In this document: in pieces, positions 53,925 to 63,883 of the stretch
Position numbering within the stretch: position 1 is the first letter of the stretch
Layout: every line of letters starts with the position of its first letter
NCBI RefSeq assembly: GCF_001194135.2
Contig: NC_068990.1
Coordinates: forward strand, 31,118,476 to 31,182,358
Reading direction: 5' to 3'
Source: Octopus bimaculoides
Taxonomy: Eukaryota
DNA: 63,883 bases
Notes under the pieces: generated by a model
Databases searched by the model: none
Told to the model about the DNA's origin: nothing
What the model saw: only the letters and a program-made list of their open reading frames with translations
Program-made: the position numbers and the translations under genes

Positions 53925-54290
53925 TTTATCTTTTTACTTATTTCAGTCATTAGACTGAGACCATGCTGGGGCACTGCCTTGAGGAATTTTAGTTGAACTA
54001 ATCAATCACAGTACTTATTTTCTTTTAAAGCTTGGTACTTATTCTGTTGGTCTCTTTTGCCAAACTGCTAAGTTATGGGGACATAAATACATCAGCACCG
54101 GTTGTCAAGCAGTAGCCACACACACACACACACGATGAGCTTCTTTCAGTTTCCATCTACCAAATCCACTCACAAGGTTTTGGTCGACCTGAAGCTATAG
54201 TAGAAGACACTTGCTCAAGGTGCCACACAGTGGGAGTGAACCTAGAACCATGTTGGGAAGCAAACTTCTTACTACACTGTATGTTCATTT
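53925..54290 (-). mobile_element. SINE family B
   Basis: TTTCAGTCATTAGACTG...CCGGTTGTCAAGC...(CA)n...AGAAGACACTTGCTCAAGG. Confidence 0.88.
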
Positions 54291-54423
54291 AAGTCAAACA
54301 CATTAAAACAGAAGCTAAGGGGATATAAAACAACATACTGTAGAGCCTCTTGCTCACCATTTTCATATTTCAAGCACATGTACTGCACTTCATAATTGGC
54401 TTCCTGTTTACTAATCACAAATA

Positions 54424-55325
54424 TGAGGTGGTGTCAAAAGGTTCCCTGACTAGTTCTGTTGCACATCATCAGATGGCAGCACATGGTTGCATGCACAGTG
54501 AGAACTAGCAGTGACCTTCATGAGGCAGTGTGGCAAGTGACATCGCTATGTTTATTTAGCAAGTTGTGAAATCTGTGTCTTTGTGATCATGTGAAAGCTG
54601 TGGTCTGTGATTTTGTCATGGATAGAAACAAGTGCCGATGGGATATTTGGTGTTAAACTTGGGAAGTCTGCTACAGAGACATTGAGCATGTTTTGGCAAG
54701 CTTATGGTGATGAGACAATGGGTTGTACACAATGTTTCGAGTGGTACAGGTGCTTTAAAAGCAGAAGAACATCCCTGGAAGATGATGAGCAATCTGGAAA
54801 ACCTTCCACAAGTGTCACCCCTGGAAATGTGGAGAAAATTCATCAGCTTGTGCATGAGGATCATTGGAAGACAATCAATGATGTTTTGAAGCATTGGAGG
54901 GAGGACATTTGGTGAAGGCAACTGGATCTGTGAAGCACAAAGAATTCTTTACAATGACAATGCACCCTGTCACCGAGCTCTCCTCAATCATAAATTTATC
55001 ACCAAAAACAACATGGAATCGCTTCTGTACCTCCCCTATTCACCAGATACAGAACCTGCAGACTTTCATCACTTCTTCAAGATGAAAATGCAGCTCAAAG
55101 GTCGCTGTTTTAACACCCTGTTGAGATCCAGAGCAAATCACAGATGACTCTTGACCCACTTACGGAAAACAACTTCCTGGCAAGATTTTAAAAGTGGCAG
55201 GAACACTGGGACTGATGTATTACTGCACAAGGTGACTATTTCGAAGGGTGTGATGTTAAAACTTTGGTAAATAAGTTATTTTTTATTAAATATAACTAGT
55301 CTGGGAACTTTTTGATATCATCTAG
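54424..55325 (+). mobile_element. Mariner DNA transposon, internally deleted
   Basis: TA-flanked 32-bp TIRs TGAGGTGGTGTCAAAAGGTTCCCTGACTAGTT / AACTAGTCTGGGAACTTTTTGATATCATCTAG. The N-terminal transposase (KLGKSATET...EWYRCFK...DDEQSGKP) is followed by DNAPCH and PYSPD remnants. Confidence 0.9.
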
Positions 55326-55693
55326 TACACCATATTTTTAAAGAAAAAGGAAAGTACAATATTCATGTTTTTCCCTAAGGCTTTAACATTGTAAATGAAA
55401 AAGATTTAAGGAGAAATTGAAACTATGTTAGAATTTGGGTTGCCACTTATAATTCTTTTTCTATGGCTAAGCTCATTAATGCTTTCTTACACTTTATAAA
55501 CTAAATTTTATAGGGAAGGAATGTAATTGAGTTAACTCCCTCTTTTGCTAGTACATGTTTTTATCAACCTTTTTGTGGATGTAAGACAAAGTTAACATAA
55601 GCATTATTTTAATGCAGAATGTAGTATAAAATTTTCCAATTTATAAATATGTTATTTATTGTATTTTGATTGTTTGATTTTTACATATTTCAG

Positions 55694-55728
55694 TGTAATT
55701 TTCTTCATTCCGGGCAGTTACCTTTTAG
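55694..55728 (+). CDS. TMEM241: TMEM241 coding exon 10, 35 nt (SVIFFIPGSYLL)
   Basis: catatttcag|...|gtaagg. Aligns with human SVVLLAFASHPT. Confidence 0.88.
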
Positions 55729-55802
55729 GTAAGGTCATGTTTTTTAAAAATTAATCTTAACTTGATAGTATATTTTATTTTACCACCTCAGAAGTATGTA
55801 TA

Positions 55803-56245
55803 TTCTTTTCTACTCTAGGCACAAGGCCCAAAATTTTGGGGTAGGGGCCAGTCGATTAGATCGACCCCAGTATGCAACTGGTACTTAATTTATCAACCCC
55901 AAAAGGATGAAAGGCAAAGTTGACCTCAGTGGAATTTCAACTCAGAATGTAAAGACAGATGAAATACTGCTAAGCATTTTGCCTGACGTACTATTGTTTC
56001 TGCCAGCTCACCGCCTTGTATAAAGAATATATTTTTTTCTACTCTAGGCACAAGGCCCAAAAGTTTTGGGTAGGAGGACAATCGATTAGATTAGCCTCAG
56101 TACACAACTGGTACTTAATTTATCAATCCCGAAAGGATGAAAGTCAGTCGACCTCAGCAGAATTTGAACTCAGAACATAAAGACAGATGAATTACTGCTA
56201 AGCATTTCGCCCAGTGTACTAATGTTTCTGCCAGCTCGCCACCTT
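55803..56245 (-). mobile_element. Two adjacent family A SINEs (55803-56017, 56034-56245)
   Basis: Two full-length copies; the second is flanked by the TSD TATAAAGAATATATT (56019-56033, 56247-56261). Confidence 0.9.
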
Positions 56246-56482
56246 CTATAAAGAATATATTAAATGTCCTATGTGTTTGTCTGTGTGGGATGCTCTTGTG
56301 TATGTGAGTTTATTTACAAATACTTTATATTAATCAGCAGAAGAATCATTATATTCAACTGATTTTTGTCAAATATTTTCTTTTACTTGTTTCAGTCATT
56401 TAATTGTGACCCTGTTGGGGCACTGCCTTGAAGGGTTTTAGTTCAACAAATCAACCCCAGAACTTTTTTTTTAAGCCTAGTA

Positions 56483-56764
56483 CTTCTGAGGCACAAGTCC
56501 AGGCAAGGTTGTTTATGGAAGACCAGCTGTCATCCATGCGTACCAGCCTCCTCTCTCCACACTTCCAATGTTATCCAAGGGAAAGGCAAAGGCCAATAGA
56601 GCTTGGCACCTGTGATGTTGCAGCTCATTTCTACAGCTGAATGAAATGGAGCAATGCAAAGTAAAGTGTCTTGCTCAAGAACACAACACAGAGCCTAGTC
56701 TGGGAATCAAACTCACAACTGCATGATTGTAAGCTTGATGCTCTAACCACTGAGCCATGTGCCT
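56483..56764 (-). mobile_element. tRNA-derived SINE family C (next to a family B fragment at 56385-56482)
   Basis: Head (minus) GGCACATGGCTCAGTGGTTAGAGC...GAGTTTGATTCCCAG, then TCTTGAGCAAGACACTTTAC...CAGCTGTAGAAATGAG. Confidence 0.8.
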
Positions 56765-57365
56765 TCACATTTCAGGGTACTTAAATTAAACAAGCAGTCT
56801 ATGCTGTGAGAAATTGAAAATACTGAATACACTATTCTTGTCTTTCCAAGGCATTTGATCTTATTCAAATTTAGATAAGTGTATGTATACATGTAATAGA
56901 AAGGTGAGAATATCGAATACTCTGTTCTTGTCTCTCCCTGTCATTTGAATTTCTCCTAATTTGCAAATTTTATTAAGAGATTGTTCTCAATGCAGACCAT
57001 GAGTTTCTGTAAGACTTTGGTTTTTATTTTAGGACAAGATATTAGAAAATCTTATTGAGGTACTGAAATGATCAGGATTACTTACAGGCAACAATTCATT
57101 TCCTGATAATTTTTCTTGTTATAATTACTGAGAGGTATAACTAACAACTGCTGTAAAGTTTAGAGAGAAACATAGAGAAAGATAATGAATGCATCATTGA
57201 AAAGTTAGGCGGTTATTTTGTTTGTAGTTGTATCATTAAATATATAGCATTGGGGTTATTAGAAAACAAACTAAGACTAGAAGAACGGTATGGAAAGTAA
57301 AAGATCCATCTGTTACATGTGATGATGAAAATATTGATAAATGTATATACAACTGTTTCTTACAG

Positions 57366-57435
57366 GAGATATTTTTGAAGCAGCTAACTTCAAACACTTA
57401 TATTTATATAAATTTTATATGGGTTGCCTTGCAAG
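57366..57435 (+). CDS. TMEM241: TMEM241 coding exon 11 (GDIFEAANFKHLYLYKFYMGCLA)
   Basis: tttcttacag|...|gtaagt. Aligns with human GDLFSVLDFPFLYFYRFHGSCCAS. Confidence 0.93.
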
Positions 57436-58299
57436 GTAAGTACTTAATATTTTTATTACATTTTTATATTGTTTTGATTATAGTTTGTTTCCTTACAAAC
57501 CCATTTCCTTACAAACTATGTAATGGAGAACTAAATGTTTCTGAAGAAATCAATTCTTAGTTTTATGTTTTTTTTTTTTTGTTACATATTTACTCTATGA
57601 TTGAACCTTGCAAGCTTTGAATGAACAAACATTTAAAAGAAATATAGGCATGTATATGTGATTAACAAGTCTGATTTGCAATCCCATTGCTCTACTTTTG
57701 ATTCCATTGTGCTATGACTTAGTAAATATCTTCTATCAAAACTAATACCTTGTGTGTGGAATTTGGTAGATTGAAACTGTGGAAGCCATTCATGTTTGTG
57801 TGTGTGTATGTATGTGTGTGTGTGTGTGTGTGCATGCACGCGCATGTGTTTGTTGTATACATACATATATACATCTCTCTCTCTCTCTATCTATCTATCT
57901 TTCTATCTCTCTCTCTTTATATATCTATCTGTCTGTCTGCATGTGTGTGATTCAGTCAATATTCTATTTGAATTACTAAAATTTAATGGTTGGCAAAAGC
58001 AAGACAAAATTTAAATGCATTATGTTTATATTGAAACTGTATATACAGCAGTTCTTCTTTACTATAAGAATGTCAACTGCACTTAGTGAAGACTTGAGAA
58101 AATTTAAAAAATTTGTTTGCTAAGATTGTGGCATTATCAAGTCTAGAGCTTATGTTTTTTGTAAAACAAGAGTACTTGCAAAATATATATTAAAATAGAT
58201 AAATAAAAAGCAAAATTAGTTGATTATTCAATTTGTACATGAAAAAAATGGAAAAAACATAATTAAAATGCTCCCTTTCTTATATTTGTAATCTAAATA

Positions 58300-59196
58300 T
58301 GTGGTCTGATCAATAAGTATTCAGACTGTTGCCATAGTAATGAAACTAAGGCACACAGAGTGAAGTCACTTGGCACAGATTGACCTTGAACTTTGCTGTG
58401 CATGTGCACTACGTTTTAACATTCTAGCTCACTTCTGATGTTTACAGCAGTGCTTGGAAGGAAGGTATGTAGCATGTGATCATTGCATTGACTATGGTAG
58501 AGAAAGTTTAGCAGAGAATCTATATCAAATTTTGCCAAAAGCTTGGCGATACCTGCTCAGAGGCCTATGCAAAGTTTTCAAAAACTTTCCATCGTTCTTG
58601 ACACAATCAAGATCTTGTGCAACTGCAACCTTTTGGTCAGCTGAAAGCAGTTTTGGCACCAAACTTGGCAGATATGCATCTCATACCCAAATCTTCAGTG
58701 ATAATGGACTGAACTGAACTGTATTTAATCTGCACATCTTCTGATAACTTAAGGATGGTGATTTGGCAATTTCCCCTCACGGCAGCATGCACATCTGCGA
58801 TGTTTTTCTCAGTTCTTCTGGTTGCAGGTCTCCCAGAACGTTCATCAATACTGACATTTTTTCAGCTATCTTGGAAACGTCTGAACCACTCGTACACTTG
58901 TGTGCAGCTCATACACTCCTCTCCATACACTTTCTACAACTTTGCGTAGGCCTCTAAGCTGGTATCGCCATGACAACTTTCTCTGTCATGGTCAATGTGA
59001 TGATTACACACTATGCACCTTCTTTTGAAGCACTGCTGTAAAGAGCGGAAGCGAGCTACAATGTTAAAACTTAGTGCACATACACAACAGAGTTCAAGGT
59101 CAATCTTTGCCAAGTGGCTTCACTCTGTGTGTTTTAACTACATTACTATGGAAACAGACTAGATATTTATTGATTGGATACTTATTGATCAGCTAT
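58300..59196. mobile_element. Mariner-derived rearranged element with two 5' arms in inverted orientation
   Basis: The left arm (TIR, 5'UTR and MVEKV*QRIYIKFCQK on +) is mirrored by the right arm on -. The minus strand continues EVYGEECMSCTQVYEWFRRFQ...DERSGRP. Confidence 0.85.
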
Positions 59197-59334
59197 TACA
59201 ATCATGTTTATTATAATTTATATGGTTTTATAGCTAGCTTTAGTTTAATAAAATCTCTTAAAAATAGAATTCACTAAAATTCAAAAAACTTTAAAAGTAA
59301 TTTTTTAATACTTTTATTTCTACGTATTTTTAAG

Positions 59335-59428
59335 TGGAATTTTAGGAACTATATTGAATTTGTTACGAATAAGTCTTCAGGAAAATTCTGAATTTTTGGT
59401 TTATAACAGATTGCTTCCAATAACACAT
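59335..59428 (+). CDS. TMEM241: TMEM241 coding exon 12 (SGILGTILNLLRISLQENSEFLVYNRLLPITH)
   Basis: tatttttaag|...|gtaagt. 1+93 nt gives 31 codons, the same as human GFLGFFLM...IFFAK. Confidence 0.88.
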
Positions 59429-61237
59429 GTAAGTTTCCAGAATTTGTTCTTTTAAATTTATTGAAATGTTTTCCATGTTTCATTAATAGAATCTTATTGG
59501 TGCTACTTTAGCATAAGTCTACTGCAGTGCCGTGAAATAACATGATCTGTTTACTGAGACCTCAGCAGGTTTTGTGATCTTTCATGGTATGAATTTATTA
59601 CCTGTGCATACCTTTTTTTATTTTTACACGTTTGATCTGAGTGCTTCTAACTATACCATTTGATTACCATTTTGACTTGAGTGTTTCTGACCAGACTTAT
59701 CTTTGTTTTACCCTTTTGACCTGAATTTGACCTTTCATGATAGGAATTTATTACCTGTGCTTACCTTTTTTTTTTTTACCCTTTTAACCCGAGTGCTCCT
59801 GACCATGCTTATTTTTTTCCCTTACCTTTCTGACCTGGATGCCCCTGACTTGTCTATGTAAAAGAGTAATAATCTAACACCCACATCCTCTTCAAATTGA
59901 AGTTGATAACCATCAGTGTGACACATTTTACCTACTATAATGCCATTCCAAACATGTATCATTTTGATAGAGAAAACAGCAGTTGCATTTTTATAGAAAA
60001 ACACTCTTCTGGATACACCACAAGAAGCAGATACTACAAGTTTGTCAATTTATGTTTCATAAGCCAGAAGTAACTAAAAACCATAGACTGATTTCAATTC
60101 TGTCTTCAAGTTAAAATATACTTGGTCATTTTTACTTCTTCTTGAGAAGTGATCTGATGAAAGATTTTATTTTTAAACTTCAGTTCTTGTGCAGAGATTT
60201 AAGTAACATCTGTAATGAGATATTATTCAATGTATTGTTTGTAAAAATAGTAAAAATATTCTACTTTCTATCACCTAATTCTTCTGCAGTTTTCCGTTGC
60301 TATATAACTTTTGCAAGATGAAATGTCCTTATGTAAAGATTACTATGCTTTGATGAAGAAAAGAAGTGAAAAAAAAATATAGTGTTCTGTATAACCCTTA
60401 TTGTTTAATAAGCATGTAATTAATATATCTTGTCTATAGAAAATAATGTTGGTACTTCTCAAACTTTATCATTTTAAAATAATCTTTCCTTCAGAAATTC
60501 TGTTTTAAGAAAGGAAGCTCTGAATTGAGATCACAAAAGAAAGAGCAGTATCTTTGATATTAATGTAGGGTCTCTGAAACTAATGGGGTGGGGAAATGAG
60601 GAGTAAACCACAGCTTCCAGGCTATCCTCAAACCCTCTGGTTTCAATGTTTGCAACAGAGTAAACTCTGCCAAAGGCATTCAAGAGCCAGATTATGTTTA
60701 TTTGGTATATGGCTGCGTATCAAACTGTATATTTTTTTTTGTTTTGTTATTACTACGAACTGCTGTCAGGGACCAGGTCATAATTTCATGTGATGAAAAT
60801 TCTGCAATCATTTTAGTTCCAACACATAGTCTCTGATCAAATCACTTGTTTTGCAAGTATACCTCTGTGATGTTAATACCTTCTTTTGCAATAATTACCT
60901 ACTACCTGACATAATATATTTTGCTCAGTTTTTCCACCTGTTTTAGCTGCTGGATTACTAATCTTAAGATCATGAGTTGAATCCTAAACTGTGTTGTAGA
61001 TTTAAATGAGATACTTTAATCTACTTATCTCAGTATATCTAGGTGGTAAACAGGTTTTATTCTAAATTTCTGATTAAATAATTGTAAATTCTTTGAACTG
61101 TATGGATAATATTTTGATTCTTAAAATCTATTGTGTCATTTAAATATTTGTTTATATATTCATTTTGTGTTGAGTAACAGTAAAAGTTTATTGTTAAATA
61201 ATTATATAATTAACTGTTGTTGTCTTTACCTGTGTAG

Positions 61238-61302
61238 ATTATGGCAAGTTTTCTATCACTACTATTATTTGAATTCCATACGACAGCTGAACATAACATT
61301 TG
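61238..61302 (+). CDS. TMEM241: TMEM241 coding exon 13 (IMASFLSLLLFEFHTTAEHNI)
   Basis: cctgtgtag|...|gtaatt. Aligns with human IITAGLSILLFD. Confidence 0.88.
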
Positions 61303-61339
61303 GTAATTAGTATTTTTTTTCTATACATTATAAATACAC

Positions 61340-61800
61340 AATCACTAATGTCTCTATCATCATGATCACAGCCACAATTGCATAAATTCTCTGTTGAAGA
61401 GTGTTAATGTTCAAGTCCACAAAATGGAAGCAACAAAAAAAACTTGAACAAGACGTTACCACCATCATATTGCACTTACAACTGGCGGATGTTTCAATCA
61501 ACAAGCAATTTAGATGTTTTAGGTGAGAAGAATGGAGCAAGTGTTATAATTGTTGGGAACTTAACCTCAACAGGATGACTGAAATGACGAACTGTATAAG
61601 TGAATGGTAGTGATTATGGTTAGCAGTGAGAGTAGGAATGACAGCCAAGGTATGAAAAAAAATGTCAGATAAACAATGCAGTAACTAACACCTTAAATGA
61701 AGTTCTTCATGAAGCTGGTAATGACTCAGAAATAGTTAGCAATAGAGGCATTTGTGTAGATGACAGCAAATGGAGTTTTCAGCTATTTCTGACATTCATG
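61340..61800 (+). mobile_element. Probable pogo/Tigger-like transposase remnant
   Basis: LQLADVSINKQFR at ~61476-61514 resembles the pogo DDD motif LQPLDVSINKPFK. Otherwise decayed. Confidence 0.45.
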
Positions 61801-63195
61801 AGAAACACATTTCATATTGAAGTAGAGAGATAAGGAGACTCTCTTATTTTGGCTTTTTGAAAAATCTCTTTCTTGTACTCTCCATCTAAATATAACAGGT
61901 TAGAGAGTGCACCATTGATCTTCACAACATATAGTAAAGATCAATGTAATGACTTGGTAAGAGACATGACTGTAAATTGTCTGTGGTGATAAACTAAATT
62001 TTGTTAATGCACAAGTATTTTGCTCTGAATTAATCATTTTTATAAAACAAAACTTCGATATGTTCATAGATCATCAAAAACATCTTTTCTAAAATATACT
62101 TTGTTGATTATAGTGTGCGTCTTATCACCCACAAGCCGCGAAATTAAATACTTCTCAGAATATAACAGTCGTTTCGCGAAAACATCGCAGATACCTCTCT
62201 TGTATTGTATTGTCCTTGTACGACATACCCCCCCCCCTCACTCTCTCTTTCTAGTAACGTTGTTGTCTCCCTTACATTAAGTAACTAATATAATGATTAT
62301 CTTCGATTACTGTACCTTCGGACATAAAGATGCACCTCGGTTTTCTCAGGAAAATAAAAATATAGCTAACCCCTGTCTCACATTCGGCCCTTGACCAATT
62401 TATCTATCACTACATGACCGTTCATATTCTGGTTATAAATTTTTCATATACAGGAATTATGAAAATGTCGACTGATACTTTTTGGTAAACGATCGTGATA
62501 GGCTAAGCTACTTACATAACACTACGAAATATCACCACTGGCCTTCTCCTAGATGTTAACGGCTTTTTACACCCCTTGTTATTCTTTATTACAATTACCC
62601 GTGTCTTTATTATTTTTTTATATAAAGTTACCGAAGCGGTAATTTATATCAAGAAAGAACTACTGTAATGTATTGTTATCTTAGGAAAATAATGTCTACG
62701 ATCAGATACAGCATTGGCATGCCAAAACTTAACAGTATTTTTTCAATTTTTGTTAGTGCACAGCTTCAGTAAACACAAATTTTTCTATTAAGTACAGTAC
62801 AATTATATTTGTAATTTATTACAATAACTACACGTGTATAACTATATTTGCAATTGGTAATATTTAGTTGCTAATCGTTTTAAAGTAATTTGAGAAACAC
62901 TCTTGTAAGTAAGGCGTAGGGTGTTCACAGCCTGTCCGAAGCTTGACCTTAAGTAAATAAGGCACAGTAGGATTTTTCAGACACTTTTTGTTGGGAGGGA
63001 ATGGCATTTTCAATTGCAAAATTATTGATTTAGAACTAAATATATAAAGCAAAACAGTCTTTATTGCTAGCGAATTTCATTAGATCTTCCAAGTCCCTAT
63101 TTCCATAATATTATGCATTTTCATTTTCATCCTTGTCCATGTTTTTCCTTCATTATCACAAAATGCTTGGATCTTTGTCCAGATCAAAGAAAAAG

Positions 63196-63540
63196 TGCAG
63201 GTGTGGCTGTGTGGTAGAAGTTTGCTTCCAATCCACATGGTTCCGGGTTCAGTCATACTACATAGCGCCTTGGGCAAGTGTCTTCTACTTTAGCCTTGGC
63301 CGACTAAAACCTTATGAGCGGATTTGGTAGATGAAACTGAAAGAAACTCATCAATATCTGTGTCTGTCTCCCACCACTACTTGACAACTGGTGTTGATGT
63401 GTTTATGTCTCAATTACTTAGTGGTTCAGCAAAGGAGATTGATATAATTAGTACTAGGGCTGATTCATTCGCCTAAAATTCATCAAGGTGGTGCCCCAGC
63501 ATGGCCACACTCTAATGACTGAAACAAGTAAAAAATAAAG
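63196..63540 (+). mobile_element. SINE family B
   Basis: GCAGGTGTGGCTGTGTGGTAG...GGGCAAGTGTCTTCTACT...TGACTGAAACAAGTAAAAAATAAAG. Confidence 0.88.
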
Positions 63541-63801
63541 GATAACCCACAGATGTGTTTATGGGTTGTGCATCAGATAACTTCTGGAACTTCGGTGCTT
63601 TAATTTCTACTGAAGTTACCACTAATTATAGCATGAGCTGGTTGGAAAAAGTTTGTGAAAATGCAGATGTTTGTAGATGTGACATTATTGAGTAGAAGTG
63701 AATAATAAAAAAAATTTATTTAAAAATTAAAAAATTTTATTGAAGCTACAAATTGAAACAAATTTGAAGCATCATGCTTATTGTTTCTTTTCTCTCTACA
63801 G

Positions 63802-63868
63802 GATTGCCGCAGTTCAATTAGTATCTTTACTTGGAAATTTTACCAAACGGAAAGGAAATGAAGAATAG
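63802..63868 (+). CDS. TMEM241: TMEM241 terminal coding exon 14 (WIAAVQLVSLLGNFTKRKGNEE*)
   Basis: Strong acceptor tttctctctacag, phase 2 in, stop TAG at 63866-63868. The 14 exons sum to 918 nt (305 aa + stop). Confidence 0.8.
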
Positions 63869-63883
63869 TGTTTTACACTAAAA

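Noticed and set aside
58098-58190. Alternative TMEM241 exon (NLFAKIVALSSL resembles human FFAKIITAGLS)
   Set aside because: There is an in-frame TGA at 58095 and no usable splice sites. Exons at 59335 and 61238 already supply this region with correct phase and length.
40232-63801. U12-type (minor) introns in TMEM241
   Set aside because: No donor matches RTATCCT; all are ordinary GT-AG U2-type sites.

Overview
AT-rich, repeat-dense animal genomic DNA. It is very probably a coleoid cephalopod (Octopus), inferred from clustered effector-less C2H2 zinc-finger genes, dense tRNA-derived SINEs and RTE-type tails. There are four assembly gaps (34-695, 7144-7153, 36695-~37117, 49736-49808). The first 28 kb hold three paralogous C2H2 zinc-finger genes, each with a single coding exon: ZNF-1 (-, ATG 8274 to 6769), ZNF-2 (+, 17827-19104) and ZNF-3 (+, 26562-27845). 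ZNF-1 and ZNF-2 are head-to-head, and all three share a homologous splice acceptor and a ~350-nt leader. From 40151 to 63868 I reconstructed a complete 14-coding-exon, 305-aa TMEM241/SLC35D4 nucleotide-sugar transporter gene (+) that the ORF track misses entirely. The rest is transposable-element debris: Tc1, three mariners, hAT, probable piggyBac and pogo, RTE/Tx1/R4-like LINE fragments, four SINE families, and foldback elements. The most notable observations are finger-level shuffling in the ZNF arrays (a hybrid finger, a duplicated or deleted finger block, conserved non-canonical fingers), the shared uATG leader and 3' block, a 544-bp foldback element with an 8-bp TSD, a mariner with two 5' ends, and an intronic 42-bp hairpin. 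SINE family letters A-E are my own labels, and repeat boundaries are approximate unless a TSD is given. No database search was run; protein-family calls come from recalled motifs.
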